A DNA stretch of 64,000 nucleotides from Betaproteobacteria bacterium (GCA_004295105.1 SHNC01000215.1:71879-135878), one strand, 5' to 3'; positions 9,924 through 22,906 are shown, counted from the stretch's first letter. Made by a program: numbers and translations. The notes: generated by a model not told the origin, from the letters alone.

Positions 9924-10535
9924 TCAGGCCTTGGAGAGATGCCAGTCCTGGGACAGCGGAGCGAACTCGTAGCCCATCACACCGAGACGGTCGCGCTGCT
10001 GACGCAGGATGCGACGATCGACGGTGGCGTCGAGCTTGACGATCTCGCTCAGCGGCCAGAGCGCACCGAACAGCGCCGCGTCGTCCGACTCGGCGGAAGC
10101 GTCGGGGAATTCGGCGGCCGATTCGTTGCCGAACGGCGTCGTGTCGACCAGGGGATCGCACGGGTTGTGCGACTTCGCCTTGGGCTTGGCCTTGGACGTT
10201 GCCGGCACGGGCGCCTGCGCTTCCTCGTCGATCGGATCGACTTCCTGCGGACTCAGCTGGCGGGCTTCGTCGCGGCTCAGGGCATCGATGTTGGACAGCG
10301 TCATCCCGCCCAGGAGGGCACGGATCTCGATGACCATACGGCCGTTGGCACTGTAGGTGGAGGGACGGATCTCGGCAATGACGAAATCGCCCTCGTACTT
10401 GCCTTCGGCGTACTGATCGAGCTCGGCGTTCTTCACGACGAACTCGCCGATCGAGGTCGCGAGGCGGCCGACGTTGAAGTCGCCGTTGCGGCCGTGGATG
10501 GTCTTGATGGCCAGTTGGCCTGGGAGGCTGATCAT
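9924..10535 (-). CDS. DUF3275 family ICE protein
   Basis: MISLPGQLAIKTIHGRNGDFNVGRLATSIGEFVVK; AGGAG RBS; backbone synteny. Confidence 0.85.
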   Translation of the reverse strand: MISLPGQLAIKTIHGRNGDFNVGRLATSIGEFVVKNAELDQYAEGKYEGDFVIAEIRPSTYSANGRMVIEIRALLGGMTLSNIDALSRDEARQLSPQEVDPIDEEAQAPVPATSKAKPKAKSHNPCDPLVDTTPFGNESAAEFPDASAESDDAALFGALWPLSEIVKLDATVDRRILRQQRDRLGVMGYEFAPLSQDWHLSKA

Positions 10536-10589
10536 GAAGGTCTCCTGCGAACGAGAGAGGACAAGGCCCCGGGGATGGGGCCTTGCGGA

Positions 10590-11135
10590 TCAGAACGACT
10601 CGGCAACGGCCAATGCGGGGGCATCGGCCGCGTCGTCGGCAGCATCGGCGACGGGCCTGGACGGCTCCGGTGCCGCGGCTTGCTGCGCGGCGGGCGCGTC
10701 GGACGGGACTTCCGGGTCGCGCTCGTCGCTCTCGGTCGGCTTGGGGTCGGCCTTGTAGACGAGCTTGCCGTCGACCTTGATCCAACTGACGAACAGGAGG
10801 CGGGCCTTGAGGCTCACCCCTTGCTCGCCGGCACGCTTGCCCTTGGAGTAGGTAAAGGTGTCGGTCCACAGGTCGCCCAGGCGGAAGCCGATCAGCACCT
10901 TCCTCTCCGCCTCGACGGCATCGATGCAGCGACGAACCAGGTGCTGCGCTTCCGAGCCCGATACGCGCGTGTCGAAGCGCACATACGAGACGTCATCGCT
11001 GGGACCATTGAGCGCTGCAATGTCGCAGGCCAGGAACGCATCGCCCTTCTTGGGCTTCACTTCGCGGATGCGATTGAGGTACCCGAGGCCGGTGATGTGG
11101 AGGTCGAAGTAGGACTTTTCGGGGGAAGTGGTCAT
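10590..11135 (-). CDS. DUF3577 / STY4534-family ICE protein
   Basis: SYFDLHITGLGYLNRIREV...CDIAALNG...GDLW; AGGAG RBS. Confidence 0.88.
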   Translation of the reverse strand: MTTSPEKSYFDLHITGLGYLNRIREVKPKKGDAFLACDIAALNGPSDDVSYVRFDTRVSGSEAQHLVRRCIDAVEAERKVLIGFRLGDLWTDTFTYSKGKRAGEQGVSLKARLLFVSWIKVDGKLVYKADPKPTESDERDPEVPSDAPAAQQAAAPEPSRPVADAADDAADAPALAVAESF

Positions 11136-11290
11136 GGTGAATCTCCTGAGAACAATGAGGCGGAGACACACCCGACCCAGGCGGGGAAGGTGTGGAACCC
11201 CCGCGTGGGTTTATGGAGCAGCTTGGTGGCATCGCCATCGGAAAGCGATGGACGTTCGCGCGTGGATGCCGGTGCGAACTGGAGTGATCA

Positions 11291-11367
11291 ACGCGGTCGG
11301 AACTGCGTCGTAGCCTCGAGGATCGCGGCTACCTGGGTATGTTGCTGAGGGGAATCAGCAGAACATG
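11291..11367 (-). repeat. Structured leader element, copy D of 4
   Basis: Plus strand: ACGCGG-tcggaa-CTGCGT, GTAGCC-tcgaggatcgc-GGCTAC, ctggg, TATG-t-TGCTGA-ggggaa-TCAGCA-gaa-CATG. Confidence 0.75.
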
Positions 11368-11612
11368 ACATCAGCCTGCCATTCCTCGGCGTGATGGGCC
11401 AGAGGAAAACAGCATCGGAGCTTGACCCGATTCGTCCCTCCGTCGCTTCCCTTGAAAAGGGAGGCTGTCCGCGCGCGCGCCTCTTGCGGATGTCGATCCA
11501 CGCGGACCGCAATTGCCGCAGATGTGGCGCGGATCGCGCGTTTGCAATGGGTACAACAGTGCCCATGGTCATTTTTGTCAGGGAGCGGCTTCCACCACCT
11601 GCGTCGGCCCCC

Positions 11613-11642
11613 TTGTCAGCTCGCGCGCCTGAAAGCTAGACT
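11613..11642 (+). promoter_or_regulatory. Putative sigma70 promoter of the czc cluster (near-leaderless czcI mRNA)
   Basis: TTGTCA-N18-TAGACT ending 8 nt before the ATG at 11651; no SD sequence. Confidence 0.4.
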
Positions 11643-11650
11643 TCCGCCCC

Positions 11651-12007
11651 ATGCGTCGTTGGCTTGCCATCCTCCTGCTCTGTCTATTGCCGCTCCAGGT
11701 GTCCTGGGCAGCGGTGGCCGACTATTGCGCCCACGAGCATGACCGCCAGGCCCAACATTTCGGCCATCACGATGATGAGCACACCGCGTGGTCCGGTCCG
11801 TCCGACAGCCCGGACACGGGCGGCAAAGTCAAGCTGGCGCACGATCACAACCACAACCATCTCTCGGGGTTCGTCGGCCTGCTTGCCGAGCCGACCGGCA
11901 ACCAGCGCCTTGCCAGCACCTCCATCCACCCCGACCACGGGACGCGGACCTACCCGGCCGTCCCGCCCGATCAGCCCGAACGCCCTCAATGGTCTCGTCC
12001 CGCCTGA
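11651..12007 (+). CDS. czcI: CzcI-like His-rich exported protein
   Basis: Signal peptide, YCAHE, HFGHH, His-rich tract, C-terminal PERPQW; directly upstream of czcC. Confidence 0.7.
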   Translation: MRRWLAILLLCLLPLQVSWAAVADYCAHEHDRQAQHFGHHDDEHTAWSGPSDSPDTGGKVKLAHDHNHNHLSGFVGLLAEPTGNQRLASTSIHPDHGTRTYPAVPPDQPERPQWSRPA

Positions 12008-12098
12008 AACGGCGAGACGAGCGTCCCGGATTTTCCTGATCTAGCGCAAGGCGCTAGCGCTTCGTTTCGCCGAATTCCTTCCCTGTTCGGAGAATTCG

Positions 12099-13391
12099 AT
12101 GCGAAACCTCATGTTGCCGCTGCTGCTGGCGGCCTTCTCCATGCATTCCGCGGTGGCGCAGGATGTCGGCCCCGACGTGGGCGGCAGTGTGCTGTCCGAT
12201 GCCACACGAAACCCGGCGCTCGAGCCGTCGGGCCCGCTGAGCCTGGCCGCGGCGCTCGACCTGACGCTGCAGGCCAATCTCGATCTGGCGCTTGCCGGCC
12301 ATGAAGTGGACGCGACCGCGGCGGCGGTGCGCCAGGCCGGCCTGCTGCCCAACCCCGAGCTGTCGGCGCTGGTCGAAGACACCCGTCGGGACTCGCGCAC
12401 CGTCACGCTGCAACTGAACCAGCCGCTCGAGCTGGGCGGCAAGCGCGCCGCGCGCGTCGATGCGGCCGAGCGCGCACACGATGTCGCCGCGGCCGACCTC
12501 ATCACCCGGCGCACCGAACTGCGCGCCGACGTGACTGCCGCATTCTTCGACCTGCTGGTCGCCCAGGAGCGCGCGCGCCTGGCGGCCGAGTCCGCCGACC
12601 TGGCCCAGCGCGCGACCACCGCCGCAGCGCGGCGCGTGGCGGCGGGCAAGGTGTCGCCGGTGGAAGAAACCAAGGCGCGGGTGGCCGAGGCCGCGGTGAA
12701 GGTCGAGTCGACCCAGGCGGCGAGCGAATTGCGCGCGGCCCGGCGGCGGCTGGCCGCCTTCTGGGGCAATGCGGCGCCGCGCTTCGACGCCGCGGTCGCG
12801 CCGGTGGGCGTCCCGGTCGAGCCGCGTGCCTACGGCGAACTGGCGATGCAGCTCGAAACAGCGCCGGCGCTGGCGCGCGCGGGCCTCGAGATCGAGCGGC
12901 GGCGCGCGCTGGTCGAGGTCGAACGGGCGCGCCGCGTTCCCGACCTCACGGTGAGCCTCGGCGTGAAGCGCGACGAATCGCTCGGGCGTGACCAGGCCAT
13001 CCTTGGTGTGTCCGTGCCGCTGCCGCTGTTCGACCGCAACCAGGGCAACCTCGCCGAAGCTCTCAAGCGCCAGGATCTGGCCCGCGATGAGCGCGCCGCG
13101 CTGCGCATCCGCCTCGAGCGCGACGTGGCCGACGCCTGGGAACGGCTCGACAGCGCCCGGGGCGAGGCGGCAGCGCTGCAGGACGAGGTCCTGCCCGGTG
13201 CCCGCCAGTCCCTCGACGCCGCCACCAAGGGCTTCGAACTGGGCAAGTTCGGCTTTCTCGACGTTCTCGACGCCCAGCGCACCCTGTTCCAGGCCAGGGC
13301 CCAGCACCTGCGCGCCCTGGCGGCGGCCTACCGCGCGCGGGCCGACCTCGATCGCATCCTGGGCGAGCCGGCTGCGCCGGTTGCCCGCTGA
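12099..13391 (+). CDS. czcC: TolC-family outer membrane factor of the Co/Zn/Cd RND system
   Basis: LPNPEL, QPLELGGKR, SVPLPLFDRNQG, FLDVLDAQRTL; first gene of the CBA operon. Confidence 0.9.
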   Translation: MRNLMLPLLLAAFSMHSAVAQDVGPDVGGSVLSDATRNPALEPSGPLSLAAALDLTLQANLDLALAGHEVDATAAAVRQAGLLPNPELSALVEDTRRDSRTVTLQLNQPLELGGKRAARVDAAERAHDVAAADLITRRTELRADVTAAFFDLLVAQERARLAAESADLAQRATTAAARRVAAGKVSPVEETKARVAEAAVKVESTQAASELRAARRRLAAFWGNAAPRFDAAVAPVGVPVEPRAYGELAMQLETAPALARAGLEIERRRALVEVERARRVPDLTVSLGVKRDESLGRDQAILGVSVPLPLFDRNQGNLAEALKRQDLARDERAALRIRLERDVADAWERLDSARGEAAALQDEVLPGARQSLDAATKGFELGKFGFLDVLDAQRTLFQARAQHLRALAAAYRARADLDRILGEPAAPVAR

Positions 13392-13408
13392 GACTCCCGG
13401 AGCAATCC

Positions 13409-14914
13409 ATGACAACAAGCAAACCCAAGAAACAGATCGTTGCCATCGCCATCGTGATCGCCCTCGGCGTCGCGCTTGGCGCGGCCATCCTCGCCGTGGA
13501 TCGAAACATGTCCGGCGCTGCCGAGGGTGGCCACGGCCACGCCGAGGAAGCGGCAGGCGATCATGACGAAGCGCTCGTCCGTGGCCCCTACGGCGGCCGC
13601 CTGTTCACCGAGAGCGACTACGGCCTGGAAGTGACGATCTTCGAGCAGGGGGTCGAACCGCAGTTCCGCCTGTACACCTACCGCGACGGCAAGCCCCTGG
13701 CGCCCAAGGACAGCGCGGTGGAGCTGACACTGGAGCGGCTGGGCCGGGCGCCGCAGGTGTTCCGCTTCGCCGCCGAGGGCGATTACCTGAAAGGCGATGC
13801 GATCGTGAGCGAGCCGCATTCCTTCAAGGTGACGGTGAATGCCAGCCACGCCGGCAAGCCCTACCAGTTCGGTTATGAGCAGGTCGAGGGGCGGGTCAGC
13901 ATGAGCGACGAGCAGCTCGCGCAGGCCGGGGTGGAACTGGCCACCGCCGGTCCGGCGCGCCTGGCGACCCGCCTGGAGCTTCTGGGCGAGGTCCGCTACA
14001 ACAGCGATCGCACCGTGCAGGTGGTGCCGCGGCTGGCCGGGCGGGTGGAGTCGGTCGCAGTGAGCGCCGGCGAGCGCGTGAAACAGGGCCAACTGCTGGC
14101 GGTGCTGGCGAGCCAGTCGCTGGCCGACCAGCGCGGCGAGCTGCTCGCAGCCGAGCAGCGCCTGGCGCTGGCGCGCTCGACCCACGAGCGCGAGAAGACC
14201 CTGTGGCAGGAGAAGATCTCGGCCGAACAGGACTATCTGCAGGCCCGGACCGCGCTGCAGGAGGCGACGATCGCCGTGCAGGGCGCGCGCCAGAAGCTGG
14301 CGGCCTTGGGTGGGGCGCCCAGCAAGGGAGACCTGACGCGCTACGAGCTGCGCGCGCCGATCGCCGGCGTGGTGACCGACAAGCGCATCGCGGTCGGCGA
14401 GGTGGTGCGCGAAGACAGTGCCGTGTTCACCGTGTCCGACCTGTCGACGGTCTGGGTCGAGGCCACCGTGCCGGCCGCCGACCTGGGCGCGATCGCCGAG
14501 GGGCAGTCGGCCAGCGTGCGCGCCAGTGCCTTGTCCGAGCCGGCCGAGGGCCGCATCGCCTACGTCAGCGCACTGGTCGGCGAGCAGACGCGGGCGGCGA
14601 CCGCGCGCATGGTGCTGCCCAACCCGAACGGGGCATGGCGCCCCGGCCTGCCGGTGAAGGTGGCGGTGGTCGCCTCCGAGACCGAGGTGGCGGTGGCCGT
14701 CGCCGCCGATGCCATCCAGACGGTGCGCGACGGGAAGGTGGTGTTTGGCCGCTACGGCGACGCGCTGGAGGCGCGCCCGCTGGAGCTGGGTCGCAGCGAC
14801 GGCCGCTACGTCGAGGTGAAGGAGGGGCTGCAGGCCGGCGAGCGTTACGCCGCCGCCAACAGCTTCGTGATCAAGGCCGAGCTGGGCAAGGCCGGCGCCA
14901 GCCACGACCACTGA
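13409..14914 (+). CDS. czcB: RND periplasmic adaptor
   Basis: N-terminal TM, His-rich segment, lipoyl/hairpin domains, C-terminal KAGASHDH. Confidence 0.9.
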   Translation: MTTSKPKKQIVAIAIVIALGVALGAAILAVDRNMSGAAEGGHGHAEEAAGDHDEALVRGPYGGRLFTESDYGLEVTIFEQGVEPQFRLYTYRDGKPLAPKDSAVELTLERLGRAPQVFRFAAEGDYLKGDAIVSEPHSFKVTVNASHAGKPYQFGYEQVEGRVSMSDEQLAQAGVELATAGPARLATRLELLGEVRYNSDRTVQVVPRLAGRVESVAVSAGERVKQGQLLAVLASQSLADQRGELLAAEQRLALARSTHEREKTLWQEKISAEQDYLQARTALQEATIAVQGARQKLAALGGAPSKGDLTRYELRAPIAGVVTDKRIAVGEVVREDSAVFTVSDLSTVWVEATVPAADLGAIAEGQSASVRASALSEPAEGRIAYVSALVGEQTRAATARMVLPNPNGAWRPGLPVKVAVVASETEVAVAVAADAIQTVRDGKVVFGRYGDALEARPLELGRSDGRYVEVKEGLQAGERYAAANSFVIKAELGKAGASHDH

Positions 14915-15009
14915 GGCGCAGGCCCCATGTCACAACCCGCACGCTCGTCGTTTGCCGCTATCCAAGGGGGCGCATGCCTCCTACCGGACGGTCCGTCAGG
15001 AGACCTCGC

Positions 15010-15351
15010 ATGAAACAGATCACCGCCATCATTCGCCCGCACCGCCTCGAAGCGGTCGAGCAAGCCCTCCACGCGCTGCCCCGTCTGCCGGGCTTCACGG
15101 TCTTTCCCGCGCGAGGGCATCCGCGTGGCCACGGGCAGGATCACCACTTCCTCGCCGACGAATGGAACCCCGACGCCCATGACGCGCTGGTGCTGCTTGT
15201 GTTGTGCAGCGACGATGCCGCGACCGGCATCGTTTCCGCCATCCAGCATGCCGCCCGCACGGGTACCCCGGGCGACGGCCTCGTCGCGATTGCCGAACTC
15301 GGCGACGTGATGCGGATTCGCACCGGCGAGCGCGGCGACGCGGCACTTTGA
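15010..15351 (+). CDS. P-II family signal-transduction-like protein
   Basis: MKQITAIIRPHRLEAVEQAL...TGTPGDGLV...RIRTGERG gives the PII N-terminus, B-loop and C-loop; GGAG-like RBS. Confidence 0.88.
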   Translation: MKQITAIIRPHRLEAVEQALHALPRLPGFTVFPARGHPRGHGQDHHFLADEWNPDAHDALVLLVLCSDDAATGIVSAIQHAARTGTPGDGLVAIAELGDVMRIRTGERGDAAL

Positions 15352-18534
<3,183 letters not shown>

Positions 18535-18542
18535 GTGCAAGA

Positions 18543-18560
18543 CCCCCGGCAAGCCGGGGG
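18543..18560 (+). terminator. GC hairpin after czcA (terminator or mRNA stabiliser)
   Basis: CCCCCGGC-aa-GCCGGGGG; no U-tract. Confidence 0.4.
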
Positions 18561-18592
18561 ATCGAAACGCTGAACATCCAAGGGAACACATC

Positions 18593-18913
18593 ATGGGCTT
18601 TTTCGAGCGGATGCTGGACAACCTAACGCGTGGTGGATTTGGTGGCCACCACGGCGGCTACCGCGGCAGCCATGGAGGCGACCGTCATGGCAGCCGCCAT
18701 GGCGTTCCGCAAGATGGAGGCCGCGGTGTGCCTCAGGGCGACCCTCCAGAGACCGGCAACGTCTGCCCCAAGTGCGGCAGTACCAATTCGGTCCAAGCGC
18801 GCTTCTGCCAACAGTGCGGTACTTCGCTGCAGCGCGAGAAATGTTCAGGCTGCGGCGCGGAGCTCGCGGCGAACGCCAGGTTTTGCGGCCAGTGTGGGAA
18901 ACCGAGGCCGTGA
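18593..18913 (+). CDS. Gly/His-rich protein with a double zinc ribbon
   Basis: CPKC...CQQC and CSGC...CGQC; N-terminal GGHHGG...HGSRH. Confidence 0.8.
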   Translation: MGFFERMLDNLTRGGFGGHHGGYRGSHGGDRHGSRHGVPQDGGRGVPQGDPPETGNVCPKCGSTNSVQARFCQQCGTSLQREKCSGCGAELAANARFCGQCGKPRP

Positions 18914-18956
18914 CGCGCAGTTCGGGTGACGCTGCTTGATTTCGGGAGATCGCACC

Positions 18957-21284
18957 ATGGCCGAGAAATTCACCCTCGACGTATCCCTGCTTCTGCCCGG
19001 TATCCCGGATGAACAGGATGCCTGCGTCGGAAGGCTGAACACCTTGTTACAGGCCGAAGGCGTGGAGAAGGCCCACGTCGTGCGCGAGGACGGTGTCGCT
19101 CGCGTGTGCCTGCACTACGATCCGCAGCGGTTCGGCGCCGCCGACGTGCGTCGGCTCGCCACCGCGGCCGGGGCCTCCCTGGTCAAGCGCTATGCGCACG
19201 CAAGCCTGCGCATCGACGGCATGGATTGTGCGACCTGTGCCGACGTGATCGAGCACGCCCTTGCGCGCCTCGACGGCGTGCTCGAGGCCAGGGTGAGCTA
19301 CGCCGCCGAACGGCTGCGCCTGGAATACGACCGCGAGAAGGTTTCGGCCAAGGCCGTCGAACGCCGGCTCGAAGCCCTGGGTTACCGCGTCGTCGCAGAC
19401 GAGGCCGAGGAGGGATGGTGGGACGAACATCGCGAGCTCGTCTTCAGCCTCGCGGCCGGCGTGCTGCTGCTGGCCGGCTGGCTGCTGTCGCGCACGGGCG
19501 TGGCGGATGCCATCCCGATGACGCTGTACGGGGCGGCCTATGCATGCGGCGGCTTCTTCACGCTGCGTGACGCGATACAGAGCGTGCGCGCCGGACGCTT
19601 CGACATCGATACCCTGATGCTGGTCGCGGCGGCCGGGGCCGCTGCGCTCGGGGAGTGGGCCGAGGGGGCGCTGCTGCTGTTCCTGTTCAGCCTCGGCCAT
19701 GCGCTCGAGCATCGGGCCATGGACCGCGCGCGGCGCGCCATCGAGGCACTCGCGGCGCTCGCCCCCAAGACCGCCCTGGTGCGGCGCGACGGCGCCGAGA
19801 TCGAGGTGCTGGTGGCGGGGCTGCAGCGTGGCGACCACGTCATCGTCAAGCCGGGGCAGCGCCTGCCGGCCGACGGCAGAGTGGCCGAGGGCGGCGCCGC
19901 GGTCGACCAGTCGCCGGTCACCGGCGAGTCGATCCCGGTGGATAAGGCGGTGGGCGATACCGTCTTTGCTGGCACGGTCAATGGCGAAGGCGCACTCGTC
20001 GTCGAGGTGACCAGGCTCGCCACCGAAACGACGCTGGCGCGGATGGTCCGCCTCGTTTCCGAGGCGCAGGCACAAAAATCGCCAACCCAGCAGTTCACCG
20101 ACCGCTTCGAGCGCATCTTCGTCCCTACCGTGCTGATCGGCGCCGCGCTGCTGATCGCCGTGCCGCCGCTGCTGGGCTATCCGCTGGCCGACGCCTTCTA
20201 CCGCGCCATGGCGGTGCTGGTGGCAGCCTCGCCGTGCGCGCTCGCCATCGGCACGCCCGCGGCCGTGCTGTCCGCGGTGGCGCGGGCAGCCCGTGCGGGC
20301 GTGCTGATCAAGGGCGGCGCCCATCTGGAGAACCTCGGCAGGTTGCGTGCGATCGCCTTCGACAAGACGGGCACCATCACCGAGGGCCGGCCGCGCCTGA
20401 CCGACGTCGTGCCACTCGACATGACCGCGGACGAGCTGCTTGCCGTCGCCGCGGCGGTCGAGAGCCGCAGTGCCCATCCGCTGGCGCGCACCATCGTCGA
20501 TGCCGCCGGGCTGCGCGGCCTGCGCTGGGAGGAGGCCCAAAAGGTCGAGGCGGTCACCGGGCAGGGCATCCGCGCACAGGTCGGCGGACGGACGGTGGAG
20601 GTCGGCAACCGCAAGCTGTTCGGCGCCGGGGCGGTGGATGCCGCGCTGGACGGTCGGGTCGAGGCGCTCGAGGCGAGCGGCCGGACCACCATGCTCGTGC
20701 GGGTCGATGGCCGCTTCGCCGGCATTCTCGGCCTGATGGACACGCCGCGCGCCGGCGTGCGCGAGATGCTCGGGCGGCTGCACGCGCTGGGCATTGCCGA
20801 GCGCGTCATGTTGACCGGCGACAACGAGCGCGTGGCCCGAACGGTTGCGCAGGACGTGGGCCTGAACGACGTGCGCGCGAGCCTGCTGCCGGAAGACAAG
20901 GTCACGGCGATGGCCGAACTGGTCGCCCGTTACGGTCAGGTCGCCATGGTGGGCGACGGCGTCAATGACGCGCCGGCGCTCGCCCGTGCCACGGTGGGCA
21001 TCGCCATGGGCGGGGCCGGCAGCGACGTCGCGCTCGAGACGGCGGACATCGTCCTGATGGGCGACGAACTCGGCAAGCTGCCGTTCGCGGTCAGCCTGAG
21101 CCGCGCCGCGCGCACGGCGATCCGGCAGAACCTGTACCTCTCGCTCGGCGTGGTGGCCTTGCTGATCCCCGCCACGCTGTCCGGCTGGGCCGGTATCGGG
21201 GTTGCGGTGCTGATCCACGAGGGCTCGACCATCGTCGTCGTACTCAATGCCTTGCGTCTGCTGCGCTTCGATGAGAAACGATAG
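18957..21284 (+). CDS. Heavy-metal P1B-type ATPase (P1B-4/CzcP-CadA-like; Zn/Cd/Co/Pb)
   Basis: GMDCATC HMA domain, TGES, SPC in TM6, [15 protein letters not shown] and HEGST in the last TM. Confidence 0.92.
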   Translation: MAEKFTLDVSLLLPGIPDEQDACVGRLNTLLQAEGVEKAHVVREDGVARVCLHYDPQRFGAADVRRLATAAGASLVKRYAHASLRIDGMDCATCADVIEHALARLDGVLEARVSYAAERLRLEYDREKVSAKAVERRLEALGYRVVADEAEEGWWDEHRELVFSLAAGVLLLAGWLLSRTGVADAIPMTLYGAAYACGGFFTLRDAIQSVRAGRFDIDTLMLVAAAGAAALGEWAEGALLLFLFSLGHALEHRAMDRARRAIEALAALAPKTALVRRDGAEIEVLVAGLQRGDHVIVKPGQRLPADGRVAEGGAAVDQSPVTGESIPVDKAVGDTVFAGTVNGEGALVVEVTRLATETTLARMVRLVSEAQAQKSPTQQFTDRFERIFVPTVLIGAALLIAVPPLLGYPLADAFYRAMAVLVAASPCALAIGTPAAVLSAVARAARAGVLIKGGAHLENLGRLRAIAFDKTGTITEGRPRLTDVVPLDMTADELLAVAAAVESRSAHPLARTIVDAAGLRGLRWEEAQKVEAVTGQGIRAQVGGRTVEVGNRKLFGAGAVDAALDGRVEALEASGRTTMLVRVDGRFAGILGLMDTPRAGVREMLGRLHALGIAERVMLTGDNERVARTVAQDVGLNDVRASLLPEDKVTAMAELVARYGQVAMVGDGVNDAPALARATVGIAMGGAGSDVALETADIVLMGDELGKLPFAVSLSRAARTAIRQNLYLSLGVVALLIPATLSGWAGIGVAVLIHEGSTIVVVLNALRLLRFDEKR

Positions 21285-21342
21285 CGCTCGCCGCTGGCCG
21301 TGCCCGGCATTGACCGGACCGTGGCCGGGCGCCCGGGGCGCC

Positions 21343-21705
21343 GTGCTCCGGCGGCTCGTTGTGGCGCTGCTGCTGGCGATGATGCCGATCCAGCTCTGGT
21401 TCGCGGCGGTTGGCAGCTACTGCCGGCACGAATCCGGCGCAGCCGCGCGCCATGTCGGCCATCACGACCATCGCCATCATGACGCTTCCGCCAGCAAGGA
21501 TGTCGGCAAGGAGAAGGGCTCGACGCCAACCCTGCAGGCCGACGCCGATTGCGGCGCTTGCCATCTGAATGCCCCGGGGGCGACGGCGGCGCTGATCGCG
21601 TTCGTCACCGCCGGCATCGTGATCGGCGAAACCGCGCTGCGACGCCCCTCACCCTCCATCTTTCCCCCGGAACCCGAAAGGCCCAAGTGGGCGCCGACTG
21701 TCTGA
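21343..21705 (+). CDS. Second CzcI-like His-rich exported protein
   Basis: GTG start; YCRHE...HVGHHDHRHH...DCGACH...PERPKW, parallel to the 11651 protein. Confidence 0.65.
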   Translation: MLRRLVVALLLAMMPIQLWFAAVGSYCRHESGAAARHVGHHDHRHHDASASKDVGKEKGSTPTLQADADCGACHLNAPGATAALIAFVTAGIVIGETALRRPSPSIFPPEPERPKWAPTV

Positions 21706-21820
21706 GTCCGACGGAACGTGCCTGCGACAGACCGCAGTACCCGGATCCTCTTTCGCCGCTACGGCGAAGCGAGGCGGCGTCCCGTCGACCCCTTCCCAGA
21801 TTTCCGAATGAGGACGGTCG

Positions 21821-22906
21821 ATGCGTTCGATGCACATCATTGGCAGCAGCGAGCTGGGCGGCGCAGAGAGTTTCTACCTGCGCCTGGTCCATGCCCTCGC
21901 GGCGGTACCGGGCCACGAGGCCATTGCAATACCCCGCCGGGGCGGGCAGGTCTCCGCCCTGCTTGCGGACACCATCCGACGACACTGCGTCGGCCTGCAC
22001 AACGGCTGGGACGCACTGTCGGTGCTGGCGATCCGTCGCCTGGTTCATGAGCTGCGCCCCGACATCGTGCAGACCTACATGGGGCGGGCGACCCGCCTGA
22101 CGCGCGTGCCGCGCAACGCGCCCGCGGTCCATGTGGCGCGCCTTGGCGGCTTCTACAAGATCGACGGTTACTACCGGCATGCCGACGCCTGGGTGGGCAA
22201 CACCGCGGCGCTGTGCGACTACCTCGTCCGCAACGGCTTGCCCGCGAACCGGATCTATCGCATCGGCAACTTCGTGGACGTTCCGCCGCCCACGCCCGCC
22301 GAGACCCTGGCGGCGCTGCGCCGGCGGCACCGCATCGCCGAGGACGCCGTGGTGGCCTTCGCGCTGGGCCGATTCGTCGACAAGAAGGGATTCGCCGATC
22401 TGCTGCAGGCTTTCGCCGGCCTTCCCCGTGAGATCGACAGTCGGCCGCTGATGCTGGTGATCGCGGGTGACGGCCCGCAGAGTGGGGCGTTGGCGCGTCA
22501 GGCGACGGCACTGGGGATCGCCGAGCGGGTGCGCTGGGTCGGCTGGCAGACCGATGCCACGCCCTACTTCCACCTCGCGCAGGTGTTCGTCTGCCCGTCC
22601 CGCGACGAACCCCTGGGCAACGTCATCCTCGAGGCCTGGGCGCACGGACTGCCGGTGGTCTCGACGGCGACGGCGGGCGCCGCCGAACTCATCCGGCCCG
22701 ACGAGGACGCGCTGGTGGCCGAGGCCCACAACCCGGCGGCCTTGTCCGGCGCCCTTGGCGCGCTGCTCGGTGCGGGCGCGACCGCCTGGGAACAGCTCGC
22801 CGGGCGCGGCCGAGAGACGCTCACGGTCCGTCACGGCAGGTCCGCCGTGGTCGGAGCCTATCTGTCGATGTATGCGGAGCTGATCGGACGCGGCGGGACA
22901 TCATGA
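21821..22906 (+). CDS. GT4 family glycosyltransferase
   Basis: N-terminal GGAE, GRFVDKKG, and EPLGNVILEAWAHGLPVV (EX7E motif). Confidence 0.9.
   Translation: MRSMHIIGSSELGGAESFYLRLVHALAAVPGHEAIAIPRRGGQVSALLADTIRRHCVGLHNGWDALSVLAIRRLVHELRPDIVQTYMGRATRLTRVPRNAPAVHVARLGGFYKIDGYYRHADAWVGNTAALCDYLVRNGLPANRIYRIGNFVDVPPPTPAETLAALRRRHRIAEDAVVAFALGRFVDKKGFADLLQAFAGLPREIDSRPLMLVIAGDGPQSGALARQATALGIAERVRWVGWQTDATPYFHLAQVFVCPSRDEPLGNVILEAWAHGLPVVSTATAGAAELIRPDEDALVAEAHNPAALSGALGALLGAGATAWEQLAGRGRETLTVRHGRSAVVGAYLSMYAELIGRGGTS

Noticed and set aside
11568-11582. GTCATTTTTGTCAGG as a full metal-regulator box for czcI
   Set aside because: Only a half-match and in the opposite orientation to the other boxes; kept only as a weak note.
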